A stretch of 64,000 nt of DNA from an uncultured virus (IMG/VR IMGVR_UViG_3300044858_002168) (IMGVR_UViG_3300044858_002168:1-64000), one strand, 5' to 3'. Counted from the first letter of the stretch, positions 10,050-21,350 are shown. Numbers and translations: made by a program. The notes: generated from the sequence alone by a model not told the origin.

Positions 10050-13000
10050 ATGAGCAAACAATATCCAGGTGGTTATATAACCAAACTAGCTAGTACTCCA
10101 AACATAATATCTGCTCCAGGTATTTGGACCCTAGATCAGGCTGCCCAGTATATATCTGACGATAGTTGGCCAGGACTGCCTTCAGATCCAAATTTTAATA
10201 ACGTAACACTGTTGTTAAACGGCAACAACATTCAAGGCAGGTCTAACAATTGTTTTATAGACTCCTCGCCTAGTAAAATGGCTTTTACTAGGTCTGGCAA
10301 TACCACTCAGGGCAGTTTTAATCCACACGGCCCGCTGTGGTCAAACTATTTTGATGGCAATAATTATATCTATTATGATGTAACTACATCAAATGCCCCT
10401 GGAACCGATAATTTTTCAGTAGAATGTTTTGTAAATGTTACAAATAATACTGAAAACAGGGGAATTTGCCAGTTCAGTGCCACCAGCACTGGTCTTCAGG
10501 GCAGTAGCAGTGCTACCTTGATGATGCAACTATATAATGGTAATTGGTGGTACCATGCTGGTAATGAGAGCAGAGGTCCCTATGGTACTGTAGTGCCAAA
10601 TAGGTGGTATCACGTTATAATAACAAGATTTAATTCAACAACTTATTTAATTGTAGATGGCACCGCACTACACGCTTTTGGAGATTCTACTAATTACAGT
10701 ACTGCTCGTTACGTGGCAGTAGGTGGAGGTTATGCGAGTGGGTATTTAGGCAAATGTTACATCAGTAATTTTAGGTATATAAAAGGTTTCGCACCATATA
10801 TTGGTGTTTCTTATTCCAGACCAACATCACCTCTTACAAATGTTCAGGGAACTCAACTACTAACTTGTAATAGTAATAGAACCATAGATACTAGTCTTAA
10901 TAACGTACCAGTAACCAGAAGTGGTACTACACTTGTTAAACGGCTAAGCCCATTTAACCCGCCTTCAAAATACGAAACTTCTAACAGTGACATTGGTTGG
11001 TCTAATTTTTTTAATATTAACACAGATCATTTGCAGATACCTTATTCATCACAATTTGCTTTTGATACCGGCGACTTTACAGTTGAGTGCTGGGTAAATT
11101 TTAATTCCAGAAGCACGACATTTTCACCTATAATAATGTTGGGTACTGGTGTTGATGCCATACCTGTTCAGCGATTAGCATCTTGGGCACTGTATGCAGA
11201 TAATAGTGCTAATACATTGGTATTTAATAGATATACTCCTACCAATATAGCCGTTAGTTTTTCTTGGACGCCTGTTTTAAATCGTTGGTACCATATAGCA
11301 GTGTCTAGAAGCGGCACCAGTTTTAGAGCTTTTATAGATGGTGCACAAATAGGAACTACACAAACATCTACAACTAATTACTCTGCTGTTAATACTTCAG
11401 ATCCTTTAGTTATTAGTAGATTTATTGCTTCTGGCGGAGTTGTTTATGGCTTTAACGGTTATATTAGCAATGTTAGAGTACTAAAAGGTACCGCTGTATA
11501 TACCAGTAATTTTTTACCTTCCACAACACCATTAACTGCTATAACCAATACTGCTCTGTTAACCTGTAACAGCAGTACAATTGTAGATAATAGTACGAAC
11601 AGTTTTTCTATAACCAGAAACGGCCTTATCCCTGTAGAAAAATTTAGTCCTTTTCACAGTTCAATAAATGAAAATACTGTCTTAACTCGCAGTGTTTATT
11701 TTAACGGTGCCTCTGTTATAACAGCTAGTAATACTGTAACAAATTTCGGAACAGGAGATTTTACAGTTGAGTGCTGGTTTCGGACTAATGTAATTGATAC
11801 TAGCAGCGATACAATAATTTCTAATTATAATAATGCTAGTGGGGGTTCTATTGGAGTTTATATAAATAGAGGAACCAGTGGTGGTATACAGGTTTATCAA
11901 GGCACAGGTAATACATTGGTATTAAATGCACCAAGTGTTATTACTGCCACTAATACTTGGTATCACATTGCAGTTGCTAGATCAAGTGGGGTATCTAGGT
12001 TATTCCTTAATGGTATATTAATGACCACTGCTACAGACACCAGCAATTATGGTATAGACAATTCTGTAGTTGCCATTGGAGGGGCAAGTGTAAATGGCGT
12101 TTATGGGAGCTTTTTTCAGGGGCTAATATCTAACCTACGTGTGGTTAAAGGTACTGCTCTATACACAAATTTTACTCCGCCTACTGCACCTCTTACTGCT
12201 ATTACTAATACTCAGTTGCTAACTTCTCAAAGTAACCGCTTTGTAGACAATAGCAGCAACGCTTTTACGGTCACTAGTACCGGAGATACAAGCGTTCAAC
12301 CATTTAGCCAATTTGCACCCACAGCATCGTGGAATGCTACTATTAATGGCGGTAGTGCGTACTTTGATGGTAGCGGAGATTACATTTCTGCACCTGCTTC
12401 GGGTTTTGCACTACCTGGAGATTTTACGGTAGAAGCATGGGTTTATATTGCCGGTAACAGCCCTCTAGACGGTGCCAGTCAAAGAAGTGCTGTAATAGCA
12501 TCTACTATGCAAACCAGCAATCCAGTTAGTGGATTTACTTTTTACATTGGTGGTAATTCAGCAATTACTGGCATATTTCTAGCTGCCGAAATGCGTGTAG
12601 GTGGAATTGTTACAGGTTATAGTACATCAGTAAGCATACCACAAGGGGTATGGAATCATATTGCTTTTGTAAGAACTGGCACAACATTAACCTATTATTT
12701 AAATGGTATAAATGTAGGTTCAAGCTCTGGTGTAAGTCAAAACATACCTGTAAATAATGCACTAACTATAGGTGGACAAACTGTTCCTTCGTATACGCGA
12801 GACTTAAATGGATATATATCAAATTTGCGTATAGTAAGCGGTACAGGAGTTTATACTGGTAACTTTACCCCACCCACTGCACTCCTTACTGCTATTACTA
12901 ATACTAGTCTCCTGCTAAATTTCGCTAATGCAGGCATTTACAACGCAGTGTCTAGCAATGTTATAGAGACTGTAGGCAATGCCCAAGTAAGCACTGTACA

Positions 13001-16000
13001 AAGCAAGTGGGGTGGGTCGTCTATTGCATTTGACGGATCGGGTGATCGTTTAGTATCTGCTCCTTCCCCTCTTAATGTATTAGACTCTGGCAATTTTACA
13101 ATTGAATTTTGGTTATACCCAAATAATACTGCATCTGCTTATAGAGCGTTAGTTTCGAGCGAAAATTATCCTTCCACAACTGGCGGATGGACTTTGTATC
13201 AAAACGGCACATCAATCGAGTTTTGGATAACAGGATCATTAATACTCGGCTCTGGATCTTTAGCAATAACCGCAAGCACTTGGCAACATCTAGCTCTTTG
13301 CCGTGCATCGGGTACATTACGTTTGTTTATAAACGGAACAAGTATTGCCTCTGTGTCAAACAGTACATCATTGACAGGTCGGCAAATTTGGATTGGAGAC
13401 AATAATTCTAGCGGCGGCGGACTTTATTTTTACAACGGTTACATAGATGACCTGCGCATTACTCATGGAGTTGCCCGTTATATTACAAACTTCACTGCTC
13501 CTACACAGGCGTTTTCTAATGTAGCAAGTGGAGATCAATTTCTGTCTAATGTTGTACTGTTATTAGCTGATAACGGCACTAATAGTAGTCAGAACAACAC
13601 ATTTATTGATTCTAGTACTAACAACTTTACAATTACCCGCGTTGGCAACACTACACAGGGCACGTTCTCGCCGTTTAGTCAGACAGGATGGAGCAACTAT
13701 TTTGACGGGACAGGAGATTATTTGAGTGTTCCAAGTAATTCGGCTATAGTAGTTGGAAGCTCTGATTTTACCGTCGAAGCATGGATCTATTTAACAACAA
13801 CAGGGCCTTGGACTGGATACATTTTTGGTAAACGAGCGGGTTCAGGCTCTTTGGGAATAATACTCGGTTTTGAAGCAGCAAGTGTTCCTCGTTTATTAGC
13901 GTCAGTTGATGGTAGCAATTGGAATGTCCTCATAAACAGTAGTATTTCTGTTACTCCGCAAACGTGGACTCATATAGCGGCTACTCGCAGTGGAAATTCA
14001 TGGAGACTATTCGTAAATGGTCAACAGGGAGCTACCGCTACAGTCGCAGGAACTGTAGTTGATTCTGGTGCTAACTTGACAATTGGAGCTAATGCTGCTA
14101 ACGGAACAAGTGTATTTCCCAGGGGGTATATAAGCAATTTTAGATTGGTAAAAGGTACGGCTTTATACACAAGTAGTTTTATACCATCTCAGACACCATT
14201 AACCCCATTAACCCCAGTAACAAATACGGCACTATTAACCTGTCAAACAAATGTTATACAGGACAGATCTTCCAATAATTTTTCTATAACCAATAACAAT
14301 AATGCTGTAATAGATCTCAACAGCCCCTTTACAGAAACGTCTTCAGAAACAGCTTTATTGTCAGAAATTGGCAGTTTATATTTTGATGGTGCCGGAGATA
14401 GCCTAATAATACAAGACAACTTAGCTTTAGAGCCTGAAAATAGTAATTTAACTTGGGAAATGTGGATTAATACCACAGTAACAGCACAGTATAGTACATT
14501 ATTTAGTAGATACGCTTCTAGTTTTGGGGCAGGAAGTTGGACTTTATTATTAAACAACACCGCAAGCGCAGGAAACGTTGCTATGTGGTTTTCAGACTTT
14601 AGTGGATCTACGCCATTATTGCTATCTAGTGGAGTCAATGTGTGCGACGCAAGGTGGCACCACATAGCCGTGGTTAGAAACGGCAGTAGTTGGGTCCTTT
14701 ATGTGGATGGCGTTTCTAGGGCTACTGCTACCTGGTCAGGAACTGTATCTAATATAACACCTCCTGTATTGATAGGAGCAGACTCAGTTAACGGAAGAAA
14801 TTATATTGGTTATATTTCTAACCTTCGCATAGTAAAAGGTACTGCACTTTACACTGCCAACTTTATTCCGCCAACATCTTCTCTAACCGCAGTTGCAGGT
14901 ACCTCACTGTTAACTTGTCAAAACAATCTTATAGTAGATAATAGTTCCAATGGTTTTAATATTACTCCAACTAGCAATGTTAGAGCTGATCCATTTAATC
15001 CCTTTACATCAAGTACTCTAGTACCCTATAATAAGTTTGCCTCCGGTGGTAGCGCATCTTTTGACGGTACCGGAGATTGGTTAAGCTCATCATTTAATCC
15101 TTCATTAAATCTGGGACTTCTTCCATTCACTTTTGAAACTTGGGTTTACCCAAATAGTGTTACTGGAATTGTTGGATTGTATGCGGTTTCTGCTGGTGCT
15201 GGTACTGTACCTAAATTTATTGTACATTTAGATGCTGGTACACCAAAAGTACATTATAATGGCCTAACAGGCGGCAGTAATATCTACAACAATGCAACTA
15301 CTGCTATACCAGTCGGCAGTTGGTCACATATTGCATTTGTTAGAGCACTTGACGGTAAGTGGACTTGGTTTGTCAATGGCATACCTTCTGGAACTGGTAC
15401 TAACACTACTGATATAACTTTTACTTCGCAGCCATCTTATATAGGGTATGGGGGTGAAGCAACTTTTACTCCACTCAATGGTTATTTGAGTAGTATGAGA
15501 TTGTTAGCTAATACAACATTGTACACTACTGCATTTATTCCTCCCAGAAGCCCTGTTGTTTCAACAGATCTAAATACGCGACTATCAATGAATTTTACTA
15601 ATGCGGGCATAGTAGACAGTTCTTGTAATACTAACATAGAAGTGTTTGATGGTGCTCACATAAGTACTGTACAGAGCAGGTGGGGCGGTAGCAGTTTGTA
15701 TTTTGACAGTAGTTCAGACAGACTCTTATTTTTAAACTCTCCAGAATATTCGTTTGGTACTGGAAATTTTACTATAGAGTTTTGGTTTAATTCTCAAGAC
15801 ATGAGCGGCAGCACTCAAAGGGGATTTTTACAAACTTCACAGGCTGCCGGAGGATTACATGCTAGTTATACGAGTGGCATAGCTATTTATCAAGGTATAA
15901 ATGGTAGTAATACCCCTACTACTGGTGGAATAGCGGCAAACGTGTTAGGTGCTGTTATTGGTAGCAGTGCTACATTTTCCCCAAATACTTGGCACCATTT

Positions 16001-16235
16001 AGCCTTGGTAAGATCATCTGGCGTAGTAACGCTGTATGTCAATGGTACTGCAAATGGAAGCAGCGCATCTGCTACTGTTGCTGGAGATTTACCCCACGGT
16101 AATTTGGTAATTGGTGGTTATTATAGTGCTAGCTATTTGTATCAAGGATATATAGATGACTTGCGTATTACCCGTGGAGTTGCCCGCTACACTGCGAACT
16201 TCACTCCACCTAGTGCACCCCACTACTTGAGGTAA
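10050..16235 (+). CDS. Large multi-domain concanavalin A-like/LamG tail adhesin
   Basis: About nine repeats of DFTVExW...WxHIAxxR...LFxNG...GYISNLRIVKG. Confidence 0.85.
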   Translation: MSKQYPGGYITKLASTPNIISAPGIWTLDQAAQYISDDSWPGLPSDPNFNNVTLLLNGNNIQGRSNNCFIDSSPSKMAFTRSGNTTQGSFNPHGPLWSNYFDGNNYIYYDVTTSNAPGTDNFSVECFVNVTNNTENRGICQFSATSTGLQGSSSATLMMQLYNGNWWYHAGNESRGPYGTVVPNRWYHVIITRFNSTTYLIVDGTALHAFGDSTNYSTARYVAVGGGYASGYLGKCYISNFRYIKGFAPYIGVSYSRPTSPLTNVQGTQLLTCNSNRTIDTSLNNVPVTRSGTTLVKRLSPFNPPSKYETSNSDIGWSNFFNINTDHLQIPYSSQFAFDTGDFTVECWVNFNSRSTTFSPIIMLGTGVDAIPVQRLASWALYADNSANTLVFNRYTPTNIAVSFSWTPVLNRWYHIAVSRSGTSFRAFIDGAQIGTTQTSTTNYSAVNTSDPLVISRFIASGGVVYGFNGYISNVRVLKGTAVYTSNFLPSTTPLTAITNTALLTCNSSTIVDNSTNSFSITRNGLIPVEKFSPFHSSINENTVLTRSVYFNGASVITASNTVTNFGTGDFTVECWFRTNVIDTSSDTIISNYNNASGGSIGVYINRGTSGGIQVYQGTGNTLVLNAPSVITATNTWYHIAVARSSGVSRLFLNGILMTTATDTSNYGIDNSVVAIGGASVNGVYGSFFQGLISNLRVVKGTALYTNFTPPTAPLTAITNTQLLTSQSNRFVDNSSNAFTVTSTGDTSVQPFSQFAPTASWNATINGGSAYFDGSGDYISAPASGFALPGDFTVEAWVYIAGNSPLDGASQRSAVIASTMQTSNPVSGFTFYIGGNSAITGIFLAAEMRVGGIVTGYSTSVSIPQGVWNHIAFVRTGTTLTYYLNGINVGSSSGVSQNIPVNNALTIGGQTVPSYTRDLNGYISNLRIVSGTGVYTGNFTPPTALLTAITNTSLLLNFANAGIYNAVSSNVIETVGNAQVSTVQSKWGGSSIAFDGSGDRLVSAPSPLNVLDSGNFTIEFWLYPNNTASAYRALVSSENYPSTTGGWTLYQNGTSIEFWITGSLILGSGSLAITASTWQHLALCRASGTLRLFINGTSIASVSNSTSLTGRQIWIGDNNSSGGGLYFYNGYIDDLRITHGVARYITNFTAPTQAFSNVASGDQFLSNVVLLLADNGTNSSQNNTFIDSSTNNFTITRVGNTTQGTFSPFSQTGWSNYFDGTGDYLSVPSNSAIVVGSSDFTVEAWIYLTTTGPWTGYIFGKRAGSGSLGIILGFEAASVPRLLASVDGSNWNVLINSSISVTPQTWTHIAATRSGNSWRLFVNGQQGATATVAGTVVDSGANLTIGANAANGTSVFPRGYISNFRLVKGTALYTSSFIPSQTPLTPLTPVTNTALLTCQTNVIQDRSSNNFSITNNNNAVIDLNSPFTETSSETALLSEIGSLYFDGAGDSLIIQDNLALEPENSNLTWEMWINTTVTAQYSTLFSRYASSFGAGSWTLLLNNTASAGNVAMWFSDFSGSTPLLLSSGVNVCDARWHHIAVVRNGSSWVLYVDGVSRATATWSGTVSNITPPVLIGADSVNGRNYIGYISNLRIVKGTALYTANFIPPTSSLTAVAGTSLLTCQNNLIVDNSSNGFNITPTSNVRADPFNPFTSSTLVPYNKFASGGSASFDGTGDWLSSSFNPSLNLGLLPFTFETWVYPNSVTGIVGLYAVSAGAGTVPKFIVHLDAGTPKVHYNGLTGGSNIYNNATTAIPVGSWSHIAFVRALDGKWTWFVNGIPSGTGTNTTDITFTSQPSYIGYGGEATFTPLNGYLSSMRLLANTTLYTTAFIPPRSPVVSTDLNTRLSMNFTNAGIVDSSCNTNIEVFDGAHISTVQSRWGGSSLYFDSSSDRLLFLNSPEYSFGTGNFTIEFWFNSQDMSGSTQRGFLQTSQAAGGLHASYTSGIAIYQGINGSNTPTTGGIAANVLGAVIGSSATFSPNTWHHLALVRSSGVVTLYVNGTANGSSASATVAGDLPHGNLVIGGYYSASYLYQGYIDDLRITRGVARYTANFTPPSAPHYLR

Positions 16236-16239
16236 AATA

Positions 16240-16614
16240 ATGGCACATTTTGCTAATTTAGACAACAACAATACAGTAGTTAATGTTATAGTTGTAAATA
16301 ACGAAGAACTACTAGAGGACGGTATAGAATCAGAAACCAAAGGTATTGCTTTTTGCATGTCTCTGTTTCCAGACACAAACTGGAAACAAACATCTTATAA
16401 CGGCACATTTCGTAAACATTATGCAAATCCTGGATTTACATATAATAACGAATTAGACGCTTTTATACCCCCTAAACCATATAGTGATTGGATATTGGAT
16501 ACAAAAACGTGTACTTGGGTAGCACCGCTACCCTATCCAGATGACGGTGTATGGTATATATGGAGTACTGAACAAGCAACTTGGGTCACAGTTCAATCGT
16601 ATTTTCAGGAGTGA
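16240..16614 (+). CDS. Tail fibre assembly-like protein
   Basis: MAHFA...WKQTSYN...FRKHYA...DAFIPPKPY family, usually downstream of fibre genes. Confidence 0.7.
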   Translation: MAHFANLDNNNTVVNVIVVNNEELLEDGIESETKGIAFCMSLFPDTNWKQTSYNGTFRKHYANPGFTYNNELDAFIPPKPYSDWILDTKTCTWVAPLPYPDDGVWYIWSTEQATWVTVQSYFQE

Positions 16615-16620
16615 TCTGTT

Positions 16621-16654
16621 AAAAATACCCGGCCCACAAAGCTGGGTATTTTTT
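16621..16654 (+). terminator. Intrinsic terminator
   Basis: aaaaatacccggc-ccacaaa-gctgggtatttttt. Confidence 0.8.
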
Positions 16655-16657
16655 CGC

Positions 16658-16686
16658 TTGACCAAAGTTTGCCTTCATGATATAAT
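16658..16686 (+). promoter_or_regulatory. Sigma70-type promoter
   Basis: TTGACC-17 bp-TATAAT. Confidence 0.8.
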
Positions 16687-16742
16687 AGTACCAAAATCAC
16701 AGAGCACGAAAAACTCGGCTCTATATAATAGAGGAGTGCCCT

Positions 16743-17327
16743 ATGGCTGGTCCAACAAAACTGAATCTTAAAATATATCAGGGCAGTACCTTTCGTGAGA
16801 CTATTCGTTGGGAAAGTCCTGTAAAGGTTTATGCCCCAATCACCATGGTTAGTAAAAGTGCCCCCATGGTAATAACTGCACAAAATCACGGCTTACCTAA
16901 TGGGTGGAGATTAAAAATCAGTGGTGTTGGGGGCATGAAAGAAGCTAATACAACGGACTGGGTATACGCTAGTGATGTTACTGCTAATACTGTTGCTATA
17001 AACAGCGCTAATTCCTTGGCATATACTACATTTACCAGCGGTGGCGTTTTAGAGTACAATCAGCCAATTGATCTAACAGGATATACTGCACGAATGCAAA
17101 TCCGGGAAAAGATTACAAGTGAAACTGTACTGGAAACATTGACGACTGAAAACGGTAAAATCTTAATAGATACGTCTCAGAAAACAATCTCTCTGGTGTT
17201 AAGTGCCGAAATGACAGCGGCGTATGCATGGAAGTCAGGAGTTTACTCTCTAGAAATGGTAAAAGACGGTGTTGTTACAGGACTTATTTATGGTTCAGTA
17301 TCTGTGGAACGTGAGGTAACTCGATGA
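16743..17327 (+). CDS. Virion structural protein (BppU-like baseplate/adaptor fold possible)
   Basis: IYQGSTF...PIDLTGYTARMQIR...GVYSLEM motifs; GAGGAG RBS. Confidence 0.6.
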   Translation: MAGPTKLNLKIYQGSTFRETIRWESPVKVYAPITMVSKSAPMVITAQNHGLPNGWRLKISGVGGMKEANTTDWVYASDVTANTVAINSANSLAYTTFTSGGVLEYNQPIDLTGYTARMQIREKITSETVLETLTTENGKILIDTSQKTISLVLSAEMTAAYAWKSGVYSLEMVKDGVVTGLIYGSVSVEREVTR

Positions 17328-17719
17328 AATTGAGCACAGAATTAAGAAATCAAATGTTGGCGCAATACGAATCTTTTTTAGGTCCAAGTCCTGTTATAGA
17401 GATTAGAACAGGAACTGCTCCAGCAACATGCGAAGATACTGCAACAGGCACTAATTTAGTTTCCATAACACTACCAACAGATTGGTTTACTACACCTATT
17501 ACTGGCACAGTATCGAAACAAGGCACATGGTCAGCAACATCGCAAGCTCAAGGAACAGCCGGCCACTACCGATTCAGATCTAATAGTGGAATAGTGCATG
17601 AACAAGGAACCATTACCACAGCTGGTGGTGGGGGAGACTTGGAAATAGATAGTATCAATATAGCGTTAAGTCAAATTGTCCAAATAGTCACTTGGACACG
17701 AACACAAGGAGGCCAATAA
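17324..17719 (+). CDS. Small structural protein (paralog of next gene)
   Basis: Shares GTAxxxR and I/L-D-x-x-x-I-A-x-x-Q-x-V-x-I motifs with 17719..18090. Confidence 0.7.
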   Translation: MKLSTELRNQMLAQYESFLGPSPVIEIRTGTAPATCEDTATGTNLVSITLPTDWFTTPITGTVSKQGTWSATSQAQGTAGHYRFRSNSGIVHEQGTITTAGGGGDLEIDSINIALSQIVQIVTWTRTQGGQ

Positions 17720-18090
17720 TGGCAGTAGTATATACAACAGCGGTAAAGAACGCCCGCTTGAACGCAGTTACAACCGCCATCGGAACCACTGGTGTTCTAG
17801 AAATTGGCACAACCGGTATGGCCTTAGTATTGGCCACCATCAACTTGGGCAATCCAGCCGCTCCTGCTGCAGCGAGTGGTGTATTGACCTTTACCATGCC
17901 TCAAAGCGACAACGCAGCTGATGCCACCGGCACAGCAGCTGAGGCCAGAATCCGTACTGCGTCGGGCGGTACTGATGTGGTAACTGGGTTGACAGTGGGC
18001 ACCAGTGCTACTGACATTGTGTTAGACAATCTCTCAATTGCCACAGGTCAGCAGGTTACCATCAATAGTGCAACTATTACACACGCATAA
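17719..18090 (+). CDS. Small structural protein
   Basis: ATG at 17719 after AGGAGG and overlapping the previous stop (TAATG); the track start at 17692 is too early. Confidence 0.75.
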   Translation: MAVVYTTAVKNARLNAVTTAIGTTGVLEIGTTGMALVLATINLGNPAAPAAASGVLTFTMPQSDNAADATGTAAEARIRTASGGTDVVTGLTVGTSATDIVLDNLSIATGQQVTINSATITHA

Positions 18091-18092
18091 TC

Positions 18093-18518
18093 ATGGCTGA
18101 TAATCTAGGTTATACCCCCGGCAGCGGGGCAACCGTTGCCACAGAAAATTCTGGAGGGGTCCACCACCAACGCGTGTTGATGGAAACCGCTGTGGAGGGT
18201 GTTCCAACCGACGTTTCTGCTGCCTCACCCATGCCTGTTGCGTCAAGTCGCAGCGATGACTTGTTGGTGATGTTGAGCCGCATTGTCAAACTGTTGGAAA
18301 GTAATGCAACGGTTGACAGTGCACAACGTCAGCGTGTGGTTGTTGATAGTGGTGCGATTACTGCCTCTATTGCCTCCGCTCAGACCTTGGGAACCGTAAC
18401 AACGGTTTCATCCGTGACCAACATGGTATCAAATGCAGGTATGGATCGCGAACAGTACATCAACATTGCAAAACAGACGTACAGTCAAGGCATACGTTCT
18501 GGTTTAACTTTCCAGTGA
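18093..18518 (+). CDS. Hypothetical virion protein
   Basis: 141-aa ORF in operon. Confidence 0.7.
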   Translation: MADNLGYTPGSGATVATENSGGVHHQRVLMETAVEGVPTDVSAASPMPVASSRSDDLLVMLSRIVKLLESNATVDSAQRQRVVVDSGAITASIASAQTLGTVTTVSSVTNMVSNAGMDREQYINIAKQTYSQGIRSGLTFQ

Positions 18519-18526
18519 GGTAATAA

Positions 18527-21169
18527 ATGCCTGCTTTAACAAAAAATACACTTTCAACTCAAGTCGACCTTCCAACATGGGAGTGGACTCGCTTTGCACC
18601 GGCTGTTTCTAGTGCACTGAGTTCTACCTGTGCGCCTGATAACATGGGGTTCCTGCGAACTGAACATGGCAGATACATCTATTATTTAATCTCTGCAACT
18701 CAATTTGTTCGATATGATACCTGGACAGATATGTTCCAGGGTTTGACTGCTCCACCCGTAGCTGGTTTTAACGTAAGCACAATGAAGTTTGCGGGAGCAT
18801 ATGGACCCGAGGGAAAGACTATTTCTGCTACTTCAAACACAATTACAGTTCCAGCGATTTCGATGGCGTCCATGCTGGGTTACGACATTGTGATTGTCAG
18901 CGGTACAGGTGCAGGACAACGCAGAAAGATTACTGCTGTTGCAGAACCCACAATCCATGACAGCGGTGTGGTTACAGCAATTGCTAACGCAGCTGGTGGT
19001 ATCACAATAACTGATACTTTGAAAACTTGGGGTTTCAATCAGTGGGCTGGTTATACTCTACGTGTTTCCGGCAACAGTGGTGTTGGTCAGTACCGCCGTA
19101 TCTTGAGCAATACTGCAACAGTGCTAACCATTGCTGATACTACCCAAATGAACATGCGGTTGAATAACCCTGCAATCTTTGCTCCTACAATTGCGAGCAC
19201 GGCAGGATCCCAATCTGCATATGTTATTGAATCGCAAGCTTTAACAGTGAACTCACCTTGGACTGTGACACCAGATAGCACATCAGTGTTCCGTATTCAG
19301 TCTGGTCAGATCTTGTTGGTATCACCTAACGCAGCAACTGCAACTGCGCCTTTCGTGTTAACACAGCTGTATGATATCTTGACCGATACTTGGTATGTAC
19401 TACCAACAATGACCAACACCCTGTTGGCTGCTGCCACCGACTTGGCACTAGAGCGTATGAGTGAAAACGCTTCTCTTTGGGAACGAGGTACAGCAACAGG
19501 TGGTACAACTACTACGTTGATCGATACTACACAAGGTGTAGATCACGCAGCTTGGAGTGTCAATCAATGGGCCGGTTACTGGGTATACATTGAATCTGGA
19601 ACAGGTGTCGGTCAGATCCGTCAAGTACTGAGCAACACTGCTACCACTTTGACTTGGGCAACTGCTGGCACAGCTCCTGATGATACTTCTCAATACTTGA
19701 TTTTGGGCTTTGATGCAGGCACTGCAACAAGCGCTACTTCTACAACCCTAACAGACAGTACAGTAGCTTGGCCTGTAAACCGTTGGTCAAATTACGCTGT
19801 GCGTATCTTGTCAGGCACTGGTGCGGGTCAAGTTGTGGCTATTGCAAGCAACACTGCTACAGCCTTGACAATTGTTGGTAACTGGGGAGTAACTCCTGAC
19901 AGTACGTCTGTGTATGCCATTCAAGGTGACCCAGACAAGTTTTACCTATTTGCCGGTGGTATTGCTGGTACGCCAATCTTAAATTACAGCTCTCAAACCC
20001 AAACTTTTGGTCGTCAGCAAGATTGGGGTATTGCCAGAAATGCCGCAGCAACTGTGGGTGGATATCAGCCTGTTGCAATTGCTTCACTTGCTAATGCAAC
20101 AACCACGGCAACGGTTACAACTGCACATCCTCATCAATTCAAGGTTGGTGAATTAGTTACGGTCCGCGGTGCAACAGACGCAAACTTTAACGTAACCAAC
20201 GTTGCAATTGCCACTGTACCTTCAGCGACTACGTTTACTTATACAATGGCAGGAACTCCTGCTGCAACTACAATTCCTGGTGCTCAGTCTACTACAACAC
20301 TCACAGACGGTTCTAAGAGTTGGACAGTTAACCAGTGGGCGGGTTTTACCTGCCACATGTACGCAGCAACTCCAACTGCTGCATCTGGTTCAACTACAGG
20401 TCAAGTATTGCGAATTGTAAGTAACACTGCCACAACCTTAACATTTGCTGTAGCAGGTACCGCACCCACAAACGGTATTAGTCGATACTCTATCTGCACT
20501 AGTTCAGCAATTGGAGCAACTGACTCTGGTGTTGCAACGGGTACACACAGCACAACAACACTGCAAGATACCAACAAAACTTGGGCTGTAAACATTCATG
20601 CCGGTAAGAGAGCTCGTATCTTAACAGGTCCTGGCGGTCCAGCCGAGGCTATTATTAGTAGCAATACAGCTAATACTTTGACATTCTCAGCTGCACTGGG
20701 TGCTGCACCTGTGAGCGCTCAAACGGGTTACGCAATCATTGAACCTACTGTAAGAGGTCTTGGTACTACAGCAAATTGGGCGTTTGGTACTAGTGTTCCA
20801 GCCCTCCGTGGTCGGTACACGTACATTACTCGTGGCGGTGGTACTGCTGGCTTCGATCGTTGGGACGTTACCACAGATCGTGTTAACTTGATGACCACTT
20901 CGCCACTTACAGAAACACTGACGACCGGTACTATGGCAGCGTATGATGGCAGAGATCGCATCTACTTCCACAAAGACAACACTCAACGTGTTTATAGCTT
21001 AAACGTAGTAACTGCAAACGTTAATGGTGCTTCAATGTATCCGTATGTTGCTCCTACAGCAATCATTGGCAACCGTATGGAGATTATTACAACAAAAGAC
21101 GGCTTGAAGTACATCTGGCTCAACCGAGCATCTTTTGCAGAGTGCTTCCGTTGCTTGGCTTTCTGGTAA
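18527..21169 (+). CDS. Thr/Ala-rich repeat protein, probable tail spike/adhesin
   Basis: Five or more repeats of TLTD...WxxNQWAGY...GxGQxRxIxSNTATTLT; GAGG RBS. Confidence 0.7.
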   Translation: MPALTKNTLSTQVDLPTWEWTRFAPAVSSALSSTCAPDNMGFLRTEHGRYIYYLISATQFVRYDTWTDMFQGLTAPPVAGFNVSTMKFAGAYGPEGKTISATSNTITVPAISMASMLGYDIVIVSGTGAGQRRKITAVAEPTIHDSGVVTAIANAAGGITITDTLKTWGFNQWAGYTLRVSGNSGVGQYRRILSNTATVLTIADTTQMNMRLNNPAIFAPTIASTAGSQSAYVIESQALTVNSPWTVTPDSTSVFRIQSGQILLVSPNAATATAPFVLTQLYDILTDTWYVLPTMTNTLLAAATDLALERMSENASLWERGTATGGTTTTLIDTTQGVDHAAWSVNQWAGYWVYIESGTGVGQIRQVLSNTATTLTWATAGTAPDDTSQYLILGFDAGTATSATSTTLTDSTVAWPVNRWSNYAVRILSGTGAGQVVAIASNTATALTIVGNWGVTPDSTSVYAIQGDPDKFYLFAGGIAGTPILNYSSQTQTFGRQQDWGIARNAAATVGGYQPVAIASLANATTTATVTTAHPHQFKVGELVTVRGATDANFNVTNVAIATVPSATTFTYTMAGTPAATTIPGAQSTTTLTDGSKSWTVNQWAGFTCHMYAATPTAASGSTTGQVLRIVSNTATTLTFAVAGTAPTNGISRYSICTSSAIGATDSGVATGTHSTTTLQDTNKTWAVNIHAGKRARILTGPGGPAEAIISSNTANTLTFSAALGAAPVSAQTGYAIIEPTVRGLGTTANWAFGTSVPALRGRYTYITRGGGTAGFDRWDVTTDRVNLMTTSPLTETLTTGTMAAYDGRDRIYFHKDNTQRVYSLNVVTANVNGASMYPYVAPTAIIGNRMEIITTKDGLKYIWLNRASFAECFRCLAFW

Positions 21170-21179
21170 GGGAGGTTGT

Positions 21180-21347
21180 ATGTTATTACAAGACATTATA
21201 CAAATCCTTAATAACAGGTTGGAGTCCTTGAAAGCTAAAAAGAACATAGCGATCGCCTCCGGAGAACTGGAACAGGTCTACAATTTAGAACTTGAAATTT
21301 CCGAAACAACTTCTACATTAGATCAACTCAAGACATTGATGGTGTAA
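21180..21347 (+). CDS. Small coiled-coil protein
   Basis: ATG at 21180 after GGAGG; 55 aa. Confidence 0.65.
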   Translation: MLLQDIIQILNNRLESLKAKKNIAIASGELEQVYNLELEISETTSTLDQLKTLMV

Positions 21348-21350
21348 TAT

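Noticed and set aside
13430..16220. Similar segments in the LamG gene as a DGR template/variable repeat pair
   Set aside because: Both copies are in-frame domain duplicates, the differences are not adenine-specific, and no reverse transcriptase is in the window.
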